From NCBI GenBank assembly GCA_051313645.2, contig JBNRSN020000008.1:257548001-257612000 (forward strand): DNA of 64,000 nt, in the 5' to 3' direction. This DNA comes from Centroscyllium fabricii. Lineage: Eukaryota. Positions 1 to 12,386 of the stretch are shown here, piece by piece. Numbering within the stretch: position 1 is the stretch's first letter; every line of letters starts with the position of its first letter. The notes beneath the pieces are model-generated. The model was given only the letters and a program-made list of their open reading frames with translations. It had not been told where the DNA came from and did no database searches. The translations under genes and the position numbers were made by a program.

Positions 1-304
1 CCCCAGCCATTCACAATATATATGAAAGATCTAGACGAGGGAACTAGATGAAGTATCTCCAAGTTTGCAGACGTCACAGAGGTGGGTGGGCGTGTGTGCT
101 GTGAGGAGGATGCAGATTAGCTCCAGTATGATTTGGACAGGTTGGGCGATTGGCAGATGCATGTCAGCTGCAGTATAATGTGGATAAATGTGAAGTTATC
201 AGCTTTGGTGACAAAAGCAGGAAGATAGATTATTATTATGTGAATGGCAATAGATTGGGAAAAGTGGAAGTGCAACGAGACCTGGGTGTCCTTGCACCAG
301 TCGC
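1..304 (+). mobile_element. CR1 LINE ORF2 (RT) fragment, degraded
   Basis: Translates to ISKFAD.. and QYNVDKCEVISFG..NGNRLGKVEVQRDLGVL, matching the CR1 ORF2 copies elsewhere in the window. Confidence 0.85.
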
Positions 305-732
305 CACCAAAACATTGTCTGCTCAGCCTCTGCTGACTGAACTCGAATCCAGCCTTTATCACCTCCAGGATCAATCTCAACAATGCTACCTCTACCAACT
401 GCCCCACTTTCCGACTGGAGAAACGACAAGTTTTCCCGACGGGCAGAGTGGAGGTTATGACCTTGATAAATTCCCAAACCCTTGTTCTCTACCTTCGTGC
501 CAAGTTTCCCTGGTTCCCAGTGCGCCATTGAATTGATTGGAAGATCCTTGCTCGCCCCTTCTAAACCCTTCGTGCCAGACTCCCTCCCTATCTCAGCAAT
601 CCCCTCAATCCATTGATCACTGTACACAATTCCCGCTTATCTGGCCTTTACTCTGGCCCAGGATTACTCCTCATTCACCGCACCTACAGCTCCACCATCG
701 GCAGACATTCATCGGGCATCTGGAGCTGACAT

Positions 733-975
733 GAACACAGGAACAGGAGGAGGTCAACCAGCCCCTCGAGCCCATTCCGCCATTCAATGGGATCATGGCT
801 GAGCTGTGACCTAACTCCCTATACCCGCCTTTGCATCTAATCATTTAATACTTTTGCTAACGAAAATCTATCAATCTCGAATCTAAAATTAACACATGCC
901 CGAGCATCAACTACCATTTGCGAAAAAGTCTTCAAATCTGAAGCAGCCTTTCCATGTAGAAATGTTTTCTAACTT
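733..975 (-). mobile_element. Old CR1 3' UTR fragment (also present in copy B, ~31040-31310)
   Basis: CR1 3' tail motif gcccctcgagcc..ccgccattcaat..gatcatggctga. Confidence 0.6.
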
Positions 976-1060
976 CACATCCCCCCTCAACTGAACCCAT
1001 CTCTCCATGACTCAAATACATCTTCAAAGCCATTCTCTTCGTGAGCACAGACGACTTTAC

Positions 1061-1350
1061 CTTTCTTCCTCCAGCTTGGTGTTCTGTGCTCCCTGCCCTG
1101 AAGAGCGTTCGGAGATGTCTCTAATGTCAGTTGTCATGGTGGAAGTAGGTGGCCAATTTGGTGCGGGATGATACTGCATTGATTGTCCGCATCGTGCTAT
1201 GACTGTTTCTGGTTTCACGCCCTGACCCTCCAAATCAAAGTGAGAACCATAATGGCAAGGTGCTTCTCCAGATGTATAGAGCACGAGAGATACTGGGCAG
1301 CTCAAATACAATACACCTCCGAGCGGCTGAGATACGTTGAGAATCTCTAG
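1061..1350 (-). other. Putative exon of an unidentified minus-strand gene or ncRNA
   Basis: Acceptor tattgtattccAG at 1351-1352, donor AG|GTaaag at 1059-1060, Kozak CCACCATG at 1135-1137 (MTTDIRDISERSSGQG..); acceptor and ATG conserved in copy B. No transcript evidence. Confidence 0.3.
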
Positions 1351-1434
1351 CTGGAATACAATACGACTATTATTATGAGTCCACTTATATATAATCTAAC
1401 TATGTTTGTAATTAATAACATTTGATTCAATTAT

Positions 1435-1575
1435 ATAGAAACATCGAAGATAGGAGCAGGAGTAGGCCATTCGGCCCTTCGAGCCGGCTCCGCCATTCAA
1501 TGAGATCATGGCTGATCACCCAAACCCAGCACCCTGTCCCCGCCCTGTCCCAATATCCGTCGATCACTATCGAGC
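1435..1575 (-). mobile_element. CR1 3' end (tail only)
   Basis: atagaaacatcgaagataggagcaggagtaggccattcggcccttcgagcc, same tail as the CR1 ending at 53427. Confidence 0.75.
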
Positions 1576-1579
1576 CTGC

Positions 1580-1835
1580 ACCGACACATATTCCACCCTA
1601 TTCCCGTAACCCCACACTTTCAATCCCCCCAAACACCAAGGGTCATTCCATCATGGCCAAACAACCTAACCCGCACATCTTTGGACTGTGGGAGAAAACC
1701 AGAGCACCCGGAGGAAACCCACGCAGACACGGGGAGAATGTGCAAACTCCACACAGATAGTACCCGAGGCTGGATTTGAACCCGGGTCTCTAGTGCTGTA
1801 AGGCAACAGTGCTAACCACTATGCCACCGTGCCAC
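1580..1835 (-). mobile_element. tRNA-derived V-SINE (HE1-like)
   Basis: Reverse strand reads ggtggcacggtggcatagtggttagcactgttgcc (A box), gggttcaaatcc (B box), then the V-domain core tgtgtggagtttgcacattctccccgtgtctgcgtgggtttcctccggg. Confidence 0.85.
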
Positions 1836-1897
1836 CCAATTCTTTTAACAAAAGTTTCTTTGTTCTTTCCTTTCCCCGGTGTGTCTGGAGTAAACTC

Positions 1898-2075
1898 ACT
1901 CACATTGCCCGCTGCCAACTCCAGCTCCTGCCCACGGTATCGGTATTTACAACTCATGAATTTTAACCAGGGGCTCAAATCTGTCTCCAGGTGACATCAC
2001 AAAGGGAGCCAGCAGCCAATCACACGGCAGCAGGATCAAGCCCCGCCCACACATGACACCACAGGGTCACATGGG
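1898..2075 (-). promoter_or_regulatory. Putative Pol II promoter plus short first exon (copy A)
   Basis: E-box GTCACATG 2066-2073, GC box 2041-2048, CCAAT 2016-2020, CRE-like TGACATCA 1992-1999, RFX-like CCTGGAGACAGAT, TTAAAA 1961-1966, donor GTGAGT 1898-1903; equivalent motifs retained in the same order in copy B. Confidence 0.4.
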
Positions 2076-3039
2076 CTGGATCTGCTCCTGGTTCAGTCTC
2101 ACTGGACTGGAGCACAGGTTGCAGGATCTGCCCAATAGGGTGTTGACCATGTCAGCTGCCCTAAATTTGGTCTGATGACGCCCTGAGCATGAATACAGCC
2201 TCCCAGATTACCCTTCATGAAACCTGACTTCCGACCTCGTAATGTGAATTCTCACTATTCAAGGCACGCTCTATCACTCGTCCAACTCTTGCTTCATCGA
2301 GGCAAAGAACTGACCAGCTGATTGTTGGAAGCAGGATGTGGTGAGGAGATGCTCTGCTGCTGATGGAGGAACATGTTCCAGATGCAGTTTCCTGCCTTCA
2401 GGTAGATGAGCAAGATTGGGACGAAACATGTTCTCCTTATTTGATATCACTCGCGCGTCTCTTGTACAATCCTGAAAATGTGATGTCCGGAAACACATGA
2501 ACTCTGATGGCTAGTCCTGCTCTTCAAAGATGAGCTGAAATAGAAAAATTGAAGAGGAAAACTGGCAATATTATCGCTATAGTCCAAGAGCAAGCATCTG
2601 GAAAATCATAATGTCGAATGGAATCTTACAGAGGCTGTTTGCTACTGGTTGCTGATGGATCCGCACAGATCGTGCACCATCTTGCCAGGATTAGATCCTT
2701 TGATTGAAATGTTCTGGGCTCTTGAGATGATCTCTGTGAGTGTGCGGATAATACCTAATTACACGCCAGTGCTGGGTTTGTGAAGGACATGGTCAATGAA
2801 GGTGGCAGTTAATCGAAAAGGGCAATTTCAACTAACGAACACACTCCATCACATTCAAATTTCTGAGAGGTTGCAGGAAGTTTAATTTCTTCTGTTGAAA
2901 GGATTGATTTGCATAGTTTTCCATTGCCAGCTCAGTATCTGTAGAACAGAAAGGGGCAGAACAGTGATGGGTCCATCATTCTCATACGATGTTTGCAGCT
3001 TTTTCGATTTTTGCAGAATGCAACATTAAACCCACATGT

Positions 3040-3184
3040 CCATATGGGTGTACCTACACAATATGGACTGCAGCAGTTCAAGAAGGTGGCTCACCACCAT
3101 CTTCTCAAGGGCAATTAGGGATGGGCACTAAATGCATGCCAAGCCAGCCAATGACGCCCACATCCCATCAACAAATAAAAAAAA
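3040..3184 (+). mobile_element. LINE 3' terminal fragment with A tail
   Basis: ggactgcagcagttcaagaaggtggctcaccaccatcttctcaagggcaattagggatggg..aataaaaaaa resembles a LINE ORF end plus 3' UTR. Confidence 0.5.
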
Positions 3185-5798
3185 GATCTTTGGGAAAATA
3201 AATAAAACTAGGATCTAAGAGGTTAAAAAAAGTTTTCCTGGCGACAAAGGTGGAATAACGAGGAACAGAAGACTGTACTAAAAAATGGAATCCGCTCCAT
3301 GTGAGGGATTTGCAGCCTGGCTTCTGTTCAAGATTCAAGATTCAAGATTCAAGATCATTTTATTGCCATATGTAACTCATACAATGGAATGCTTACTCCC
3401 CATTCGCTCCCACAATTATAAATGAAGAAAAGCAAAAAGTAAAAAGGTAAGAACAAGTATAAATATAGAAACAAATAATAATCAAATAAACAAATAAGTA
3501 ACGAGTGCAGTTAGCAGTTCAGTAGGCGCACTGCCTGTGGGTAGAAACTGTTTTTGAACCTGCTGGTCCTGGTTCAGATGCTGCAGTACCGACGGCCGGA
3601 CCGCAGGAGGGAGAACAGATCGTGCCCAGGGTGATTGGGGTCCTTGATAATGGAGCGGGCCTTGTTCCGGCATCTGGTCTGGAAGATCTCCTCGATGGAT
3701 GGAAGTGCACACCCGATAATTTTTTCTGCCATCCTCACGACCCTCTGAATGGCTTTCCTGTCCTGAGCAGTGTTGTTGCCATACCACACAGTGACGCCAC
3801 CCGACAAGATGCTCTCTATGGTGCCGCGGTAAAAGTTCACAAGCCATTGTGTGCTTATGCCGCATTTCCTCAGGCACTGCAGGGGGTAGAGGCGCTGGTG
3901 TGCCTTCTTCAGCATTGCCTCGGTATTAAAGTTCCAAGTCAGATCGTCAGAGATCTGCAGACCTAGGAATCGGAAGCAGCTGACTATTTCTACCGGTGTC
4001 CCATCTATGATAATTGTTCGGTGGTTCTTTTGATGGCATCTGAAGTCCACGATGAGTTCCTTAGTCTTGCTGACGTTCAGGGCAAGATTGTTATCCTTAC
4101 ACCATCTCATCAGCTGAACTATCTCATCCCTGTACTCTGTCTCATCCTCGTTGCTAATCAGGGCAATTACCGTGGTGTCATCGGCTAACTTTATAATCCG
4201 GTTGTTGCTGTGTTGGGCTGTACAATCGTTTGTAATCAGAGAGTACAACCGAGGACTGAGGCAGCAGCCTTGTGGCGCTCCGGTATTGAGGACCAGTGTG
4301 GATGAGGTGTTGTTCCCTATTTTCACCACTTGAGGCCTGCCAGTCAGGAAGTCCAGAATCCAGTTGCAGATGGGTGTGCCCAGACCTAGGACCTTCAGTT
4401 TCAGGATTAGCTTGGAGGGAACAATGGTGTTAAATGCAGAGCTGTAATCGATGAACAACATTCTGACATAGGTCTCCCTTCTATCTAGGTGTTCTAGGAC
4501 AGTGTGCAGTGTTAGGGATATAGCGTCGTCCACAGACCTGTTCGCACTGTACGTGAACTGGAACGGATCCAAGGAATCGGGGATGATGCTGTTTATGTGT
4601 GTCATGACCAGCTTTTCCAGGCACTTCATAGCTATGGATGTTAGAGCTACTGGTCGATAGTCATTGAGACCCATTACCTTGGTCTTCTTTGGTAACGGCA
4701 CAATGGTTGTCTCCTTAAAACACACTGGCACGACAGACTGCTGTAGTGAGATGTTAAAAATGTCTGTGAACACAGGAGCCAGCTGGTCTGCACATGTCTT
4801 GAAGACGCGGGATGGAACTCCGTCTGGACCGGCTGCCTTTCGTGCCTTCACCCTCCTGAAAGTTTTGCAGACCTCGGACTCAGTCACTTGTAGTATGTAG
4901 TCCTCTGGGTGACTAGTTTTTTTTTTGGCCTGCTCAGTATTATCCCTATCAAAGCGAGCATAGAAGATGTTCAGCTCGTCTGGTAGGGAGGGATCAGTGT
5001 TGGTGACACCCGCTGATCTTTCCTTGCAGTTGGTGATGGCCCTCAGTCCCTGCCACATGCGTCTGGCATCGGAACCCCCGCCGTACAGGGACTCCAGTTT
5101 ATCCCTGAAGTCTCTTTTAGCTGTTTTAATCGCTCTTATAAGGTCATACTTGGCCTTCTTGTAGACTTCGCTCTCCCCTGATTTAAAAGCGGAACGTCGA
5201 TCTCTCAGTTTATTATAGATGTTTGAATTCATCCACGGTTTGCGATTGGGAAATGAACGGACAGTCTTGGTAGGAATACATTCATCTACCAGTTTGTTGA
5301 TGTATCCATTGACGTGGTCTGCATACACATCTAGGTCTGGGTTCTTGAAGATGCTCCAGTCTGTTTTTTCCAGCCCGCCCTGCAGTTTAAGTTCATTGTC
5401 CGCTGTCCAGATTCTTATTGTTTTCATTATTATCGGTGTGTTTTTTAACTACTGTTTATAAACAGGAAGTAGGAGCACGGAGGCGTGGTCTGACTTGCCG
5501 AAGCCCGGCCGAGCAATGGCACGGAAGGCATGTTGAATTGTAGTATAACACTGATCCAGAGTTTTTCCATTTTTTGTTGGACAGAAGATGTTTTGAAAGT
5601 ATTTTGGCATAACTTTCTTTAGGTTGCAGTGATTAAAGTCTCCTGAAATGATGGAAACTGCCTCGGGATACCGGTTCTGAACTTTACTGATCTCACTGTA
5701 AAGTTCGCTCAATGCAGTGTTTTCATTGGCTCGTGGTTGAATGTAAACAGCAGACATAAGAATAGCAGAGATTTCCCTCGGTAGATAAAAAGGGCGAC

Positions 5799-6076
5799 TG
5801 TGGCGACACGCCCACCAGGACCATCGAATCCGCCTCGGGAGTACTGCGAGACGGCCCCGCCCGCTGGGCGGCGTGATGACGTCACCGCGACTTCCGGCGT
5901 GATGACGTCGCCAGGTGGACACACGGCAGTGATGTCACCCACCGCGGGTCCTTTAAATACCTTGGTTCCAGGTGGCTCAGCCTCTTTGCTACCTGGCCAT
6001 AGTTGTGTTAACATTAAATGATTGTTTTCCGAATCCTCTGTGTCCAGCGTGGTTCTTCAGGCCTGCATGCCCTACA
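5799..6076 (+). repeat. 5' LTR of CsRn1 copy 1
   Basis: Direct repeat of 10097-10374 with about 11 substitutions. Confidence 0.95.
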
Positions 6077-6174
6077 GTGGTGACCTCGATACTTGGAACG
6101 AATTCCAAGAGAACATAATGAAGCAGTTGCTGCAGGACTGAGTGCCAATCTGCCTCAGTTGAATCACAACCACC

Positions 6175-9100
6175 ATGCCAGCAGGGAGCCAAACAGCACG
6201 ACTCCACAGGCTGGGCCAGAACTATGGCCAAATTCCAAACTTACCAGAGTTCTGGGAACTACGTCCAGCGGCCTGGATCCTCAACACAGAGAACACCTAC
6301 CGCATCCATGGCGTACAGGGGGACGACCGATACAGCCTGCTCTTGGCGGCCCTTTCACAGCCCACGATCAACCGAATGTGGTCATCGATACAGCACGAAC
6401 CAACCGCTGGCAGGTACGAAACGTTTAAGGCCGCGCTGCTAACAAAATTCACCCCCACCCAATTTGAGCATGACTGCCAGCTCATTAACCTCCCCGAACT
6501 CGGGGACGCAGACCCATCGGACCTCTGGGCACAAATGGAAGCGCTCAATTGTGACCCGGCCACCATTAAACGCGCCTTGTTACTCCTCAAACTGCCCTCC
6601 TCCGTCAGACCGTCTCCGACTGTCCTTGATCATTACACCAAGGAGCAACTGGCTCAGGAGGCCGACAAGCTGATGAGGGCGGAGCGCACCCGAGCCGCCA
6701 AGTGCCAACCCACCGCTGCTCCACCGGAGCAGTACTACGCGCACCCCAGGTCCGGCCCCAGGTCCCAACCCAGGGAAGTGCGTACCCGTAAAAAGCCACG
6801 CACCACAGGCCCCGGCTGGTGCTACTACCACACCAGGTTCGAAGACAAAGCGCAGTGCTGCGTCCAGCCCTGCACCTTCAAACCCCAAACCAGCCCAGGC
6901 CCCACCATGTCCGTAGGCCGCTCCGGAGCACTGCTCTTTGTCACGGACAGCGGCTCAGGCCTCCGCTTCCTCTGCGACACAGGCGCGCAGCACAGCATCG
7001 TGCCAGCCTCCCCCGCAGAAACCAAACAAGGCACCCACGGCCCACCACTCGAAGCCGCAAACGGCTCCGAGATAGTTACGTTCGGCACCCGCCAGCTTAC
7101 CATCAAGCAGCAGGCCACACGTACAAGTGGGATTTCATCACAGCCCAAGTTAAAATACCCCTACTCGGGGCCGACTTCCTGTGCACCCACGTCCTACTGG
7201 TCGACATTACCTGACGCCGCCTGGTCGACATCCACAACATGTCGACCATCCCATGCTCCACAGGGCCGGCACACCAGACCCACGCAGCGTCCCACTGCCG
7301 AGCCCGGAACTCCGACACGTACGCCACGCTCCTCGCGGAGTTACCAGCCCTAACCAACCCCACCTTCACAGCCCGCACGGCCAAGCATGGGGTGGAGCAC
7401 CACATCACCACCACAGGCCCCCCAGTCCATGCCCACGCACATAGACTGGACCCGGCCAAGCTGGAGATCACGCGCGCCGAGTTCCACATCTTGGAACAAC
7501 TCAGCATAATCCGCCGCTCCAGCAACCCCTGGACCTCTCCCCTCCACATTGCCCCCAAACCCGGCGGCCGCTGGCGCCCCTGCGGAGACTACCGCCGCCT
7601 CAACAACACCACCACCCCAGACAGGTACCCCGTCCTCCACATCCAAGATTTCTCAGCAAGGCTAGCCGGCTGCACGGTCTTTTCAAAAATCGACCTGGTA
7701 CGGGGCTACCACCAGGTACCAGTGCACCCGGCGGACGTCCCTAAGACAGCCGTCATTACCCCCTTCGGCCTTTTTGAATTCCTCCGAATGCCCTTCGGAT
7801 TTAAAAACGCAGCCCAGGCGTTCCAACGCCTCATGGACTCAGTCCTGCGGGACTTGCCGTTCACGTTCGTCTACCTGGACGACATCCTCGTGGCCAGCAC
7901 CTCCCCCCAGGAACACCTCCTCCACCTCAGGGCACTTTTCGACCACCTGGCCGAACACGGCCTCATATTAAGCCCCTCCAAATGTCGATTCGGCCTCGAG
8001 ACGATCGACTTCCTCGGCCACCACATCTCCCAGACCGGGGCCATACCCCTGCCCTCCAAGGTGCAGGCGGTCCAGGAATTCCCCCACCCGCACTCCATCA
8101 AGGGGCTGCAGGAATTCCTAGGGATGGTCAATTTTTATAACCGCTTCATCCCTGGAGCAGCCGCCCTCATGACCCCCCTCTACCATGCCACCCGCGGCCA
8201 GCCCAACAAGGCTGCGGTCGAGTGGACGGCCGAAGCATCCACCGCCTTTACCGCAACCAAAACCGCCCTGGCTAACGCCACGCTCCTCAGGCACCCTAGG
8301 CCCAACGCCAGAGTAGCCCTCACCACCGACGCCTCCGACCGCGCCGTCGGAGCAGTCTTTGAGCAGTGGACAGGCGACTCCTGGCAACCCCTGGCCTTTT
8401 TCAGCCGACAACTCCGGCCCCCGGAGGTCAGGTGCAGCGCCTTCGATAGGGAGCTACTCGCTCTCTACCTCGTGGTGCGCCACTTCCGCTTCCTCCTAGA
8501 GGGCCGCCACTTTACAGCCTTCGTGGATCACAAGCCACTTGTGTCTGCAATGGCTAAGATCTCCGAACCCTGGTTGGCCAGGCAGCAGCGCCAGCTCGCG
8601 GCTGTGTCGGAGTTTACCACCGACATTCAGCACATCGCCAGCCGCGACAACGTGGTCGCTGACTGCCTCTCACGCCCCACCATCAACTCCGTCCAAACGG
8701 CCGTCGACTACGCCAAACTGGCGGCCGACCAACTGACCGACCCCCATCTGCTCGACCCAGCTACCCACCTCCCCGGCCTGCTCTTGGCCACCGTAGCACA
8801 CGGGCCCACAGCCACCGAGGTCCGCTGCGACGTCTCCCTCCCGCAGCCCAGACCCGTCGTCCCCCACGCATGGAGGCGACACATCTTTCAGACCCTCCAT
8901 GAGATGTCCCACCCCGGCGTCCGCGCATCCACAAATCTGATCTCTGCGCGTTTCATTTGGCGCGGCCTGCGCAAGGATGTCCGCACCTGGACCAACACCT
9001 GCAATGCCTGCCAGCACGCCAAGGTGCACAAGCACATCACGGCACCAGTGGAAACGATCGCCATCCCAGCTAGACGCTTCAGCCACGTCCACATCGACCT

Positions 9101-9998
9101 GGTCGGACCACTACCACCATCACGGGGACATACACATGTCATGATCATGGTCGACCGCAGAACCCGCTGGCCAGAAACGGTCCCCCTCACCGCTACCACC
9201 ACCGCGGACCTCGCCAGGGCCTTCATTGCCACCTGGGTCGCACGCTTCGTCGTCCCCACCGACATCACGTCAGACAGGGGCCCCCAATTTACCTCAACCC
9301 TATGGGCAACCATCGCCCACGACCTCGGGGCAACCCTGCACCGAACCACCGCCTATCACCCACAGGCCAATGGCCTCTGCGAAAGGTTCCACCGCTCCTT
9401 CAAAGCTTCCCTGTGGGCCAGCCTTAAGGACGCGACCTGGACCGACCGCCTGCCCTGGGTAATGCTCGGCCTGCGTTCAGCGGCCAAAGAAGACCTACAC
9501 GCCTCAGCGGCGGAACTCGTCTATGGCCAACCCCTGACCGTACCAGGCGAGTTCGTCGCAGAAACCAACGAACCCTGGTCAGCCGACCGCTCCCTCAAGG
9601 AGTTCAATAACCAGGCAGCGGCGTTCAAACCACTTCCGGTGGCCCGGCACGGAGAGCCGTCAGCACGTGTTCCAGATGGCATCGAGAATGCCAAGTATGT
9701 GTTTGTCCGCCACGACGCACATCGAACACCACTACAGCCACCATACGACAGACCGTACAGAGTGCTTCGGGCGGGACCTAAAACGTTCCAGATAAAAATG
9801 GGCAACAGATCTGAGACTGTCTCAATCGACCGGCTCAAACCGGCACACGTAATGGCGGGTGAGACAACAGCCCCCGCGCAGCCACCAAAGCACGGACGCC
9901 CTACCGCACCAAAGCCCGCCCACACTCCCACGCAGAACAAGGAGCAGCGCACGACACGTGCTGGCCGCATCATCAGGCCACCTCAACGCCTCGCCTGA
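6175..9998 (+). pseudogene. gag-pol (gag, protease, RT, RNase H, integrase) with a frameshift near 7110 and a stop near 7212
   Basis: LPEFW, CYYH..C..PC, LCDTGA, YLDD, TDAS, H-H-C-C and DDE integrase motifs. Confidence 0.9.
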
Positions 9999-10096
9999 GA
10001 CTCAACTTTTATGCTCCATTTTTTTATTTTTACTTTATGCTCCTTTCTGCTTTAGCTTAAACTTTGCTCTCCCTCACAGATTCTGGGGGGGAGCTG

Positions 10097-10374
10097 TGTG
10101 GCGACACGTCCAACAGGACCATCGAATCCGCCTCGGGAGTACTGCGAGACGGCCCTGCCCGCCGGGCGGCGTGATGACATCACCGCGACTTCCGGCGTGA
10201 TGACGTCACCAGGTGGACACCCGGCAGTGACGCCACCCACCGTGGGTACTTTAAATACCTTGGTTCCAGGTGGCTCAGCCTCTTTGCTACCTGGCCATAG
10301 TTGTGTTAACATTAAATGATTGTTTTCCGAATCCTCTGTGTCCAGCGTGGTTCTTCAGGCCTGCATGCCCTACA
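10097..10374 (+). repeat. 3' LTR of CsRn1 copy 1
   Basis: Follows the PPT; repeat of 5799-6076. Confidence 0.95.
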
Positions 10375-12054
10375 CGACACTTGATTGTTAATAGTTCCAA
10401 ATTGGCTGTACAGTGCTGTGAAAGTACCTGGACATCTGCACACCATTTGTTGTTAATCAGGCAGCAGACACCGCCGCCTCTGTTCTTCCCCGTAGTGTCA
10501 AATGTTCTGTCGGTCGTAAACAAAGCAAATCCCTGGGGCTGCACCTCAACATCAGGTATCATGGAGGTTAACCACGACTCTGTTAGAACCATTGCACAGC
10601 ACTCCCTAATGACGCGCTGTGAGGCGATGCGGCAATTCAGCTCGTCAATCTTGTTGACCAGTGATTGAACATTTGCAAGGAGAATGCTGGGCAAGGCTGG
10701 TTTCCAACCCCGTCGGCGCAATCTAACTAGCAGGCCTGCCCGTGACCCCCACCTGTGGGCTCGTTTGCACCTACTTCCGTGAGCCTGATGGTTCTGGTCG
10801 AGGGGTGGGCTCATCTGCCCCCGCTGCACTCTGTTGACTCTCAGTACCTCCACAGGTAAGTCCTGTGTTAACTTGCTTGTTGTCATCTCTGTCTTTACAT
10901 AAAAATCAGCTAAGATGTTCCGTAAATCCAAGAGTGATTGGCGACTGTATCTAACAACTTTCACGCTCAGGCCAGACATGATAATAGTTAGTTAGTTAAT
11001 AAAAATAATAAATAGATAGAGCATTAAATATTACCATTAAAAATATTACAATAAATAAATAGAGCTTTAAATATTACAATAAAAATATTACAATTAAAAA
11101 AAAAACAGCAATGAGGCAACCAGGCCTCAGAGTGATGGCAGTAACAACAGACCCATAGCAGATGAGGCAGCCAAGCAGAAGCGTTGATCCAACGCTGGCA
11201 AGGCAGGCAGGTCCAGAGCGGCAGCAGCAGCTGAGAGAGCCGAGACAATCAGTCCCAGGGCAAGTAAGCCCAGAAAATCGTCAAAATGATGTGAGGCAGG
11301 TAAACCCCGAAGACATGGCAGCAACAACGGACCACGGAGACAAGGCAGCCAGGCAGAGAAGATGATGCCAGTAGACCCAGAGGTAAGGCAGGTTGGCCCA
11401 GAAGCAACGGTTCGTCTTTTTGTTATGAATGAAAAGTGAAAAAAGTAAAAGTTACGTTAAAACAAGAGTGTGGTAGCTTCACAGAGACACGTCTGCTCTT
11501 CTCCAGCGCCGTGTTCCTTCTGCAGCACCAGAAATGACACCGCATCCCCGGCGCCCTTCTCTGTTGCCATGGAATGAGTGGAGTGTGAGTATTTTTCGTT
11601 TCCCGCAACCTGATACCAACCTGGGGGTTGGAGTCTGCTGCTTGCTGTTTAGACAGTCCCAAAGATCAACTGGATTCCGATGGGGAAACCTTTAATTTAC
11701 CTTTTGATTCACTTCACTTTTTTCCCAGTCCCTCTCAGAAACATCGATCAGTGGGGAGGAGCCACAAGGGTTAATGACAGCTTCTTCATGCACCGGTCAA
11801 TATGGTCTGCACCGAAATAAATATTATCTGGGGGGCACTGTTAGGCCCCTACCCAAAATGTCCCAGCCATTACAGTGTCTGTGCATGTTGTAGACACAGA
11901 TGCTCCACCCTAATACCTATCACGGGTCTCCCTCTTCTTGGCATCTGGGAACTAAGCATTCTGAAGATGCGTAGAATATAGGGGCCTATATCATGTCAAC
12001 ATCCTCCTCCTGGGCATCTATGAATTAGCCCAAGGCATTTTACATGGTTTCCAT

Positions 12055-12346
12055 TGTGGCGGCTTGCCACGGACTTGTGGTCGAATCGACCGGACTCTTG
12101 GACCCTGAAGGCACTGGCCCGAGGCGCGCTACTCTCGCGAGGCCAGTGCCGACGCAAAAACGCTCCGCGCATGCGCACACGCGCGGACGTGCTTACGTCA
12201 TTGCCTTGTTACGCAATGACGTAGCCAGCGCTATATTTAGCTGGAAAAGAGCGCGAAAGCAACCACTCTGTAGTTGAAGTCAATAAAGCTGTTGTGTTCA
12301 TGTTAACTGCCTCAGGCATTCTTTCGCCCGCCACCAAAACCCAACA
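12055..12346 (+). repeat. 5' LTR of CsRn1 copy 2
   Basis: No differences seen versus 16211-16502; TATA-like TATATTTA and AATAAA. Confidence 0.97.
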
Positions 12347-12386
12347 TTGGTGACCTCGACGTTCGAAACGGATTTCGAACCCAACG

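Larger units (their letters stand above)
305..2365. repeat. Diverged duplicated block, copy A (paralog at ~29995-32380)
   Basis: Colinear similarity by eye across several segments, e.g. peptides ..LYQLPHFPT..DLD.FPNPC..QVSLV.S.P.N in both; shared 1890-2160 / 31830-32070 segment. Confidence 0.85.
5799..10374 (+). mobile_element. Gypsy LTR retrotransposon, CsRn1 clade (copy 1)
   Basis: 278-bp TG..CA LTRs, TSD CGAC, PBS TGGTGACCTCGA at 6078 (tRNA-Trp type), PPT ~10083-10094. Confidence 0.95.
3510..10979 (-). pseudogene. Rex1/Babar EN-RT ORF: split by the Gypsy insertion, nonsense codons at 5449 and 3574
   Basis: LPSILLANVQSL, LTESWL, GGGVC, GDFN, SDH (EN); YRPVALTS, DYSSAFNT, GAPQG, LADD (RT); the reading LLTIKCR|PFYLPRE is continuous across the Gypsy TSD. 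Confidence 0.9.
3327..11516 (-). mobile_element. Full-length Rex1/Babar-clade LINE, interrupted by a Gypsy element
   Basis: APE endonuclease and RT ORF; (TCTTGAA)4 3' tail at 3327-3354; 6-bp TSD CTTCTG at 3321-3326 and 11517-11522. Confidence 0.9.

Noticed and set aside
150-536. 128-aa ORF and paralogous 29977-30231 ORF as a host gene
   Set aside because: The N-terminus is CR1-derived, the start codons are not shared, and no domain is recognisable; similarity is explained by the DNA duplication
1961-2020. MHC S-X-Y module (X-box-like, CRE, CCAAT)
   Set aside because: Order and orientation differ from X1-X2-Y, and no MHC-like exon is visible
11701-11805. Minus-strand exon-like segment as a coding exon
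   Set aside because: Splice-like borders are present but all three frames contain stops; kept only as a possible non-coding exon
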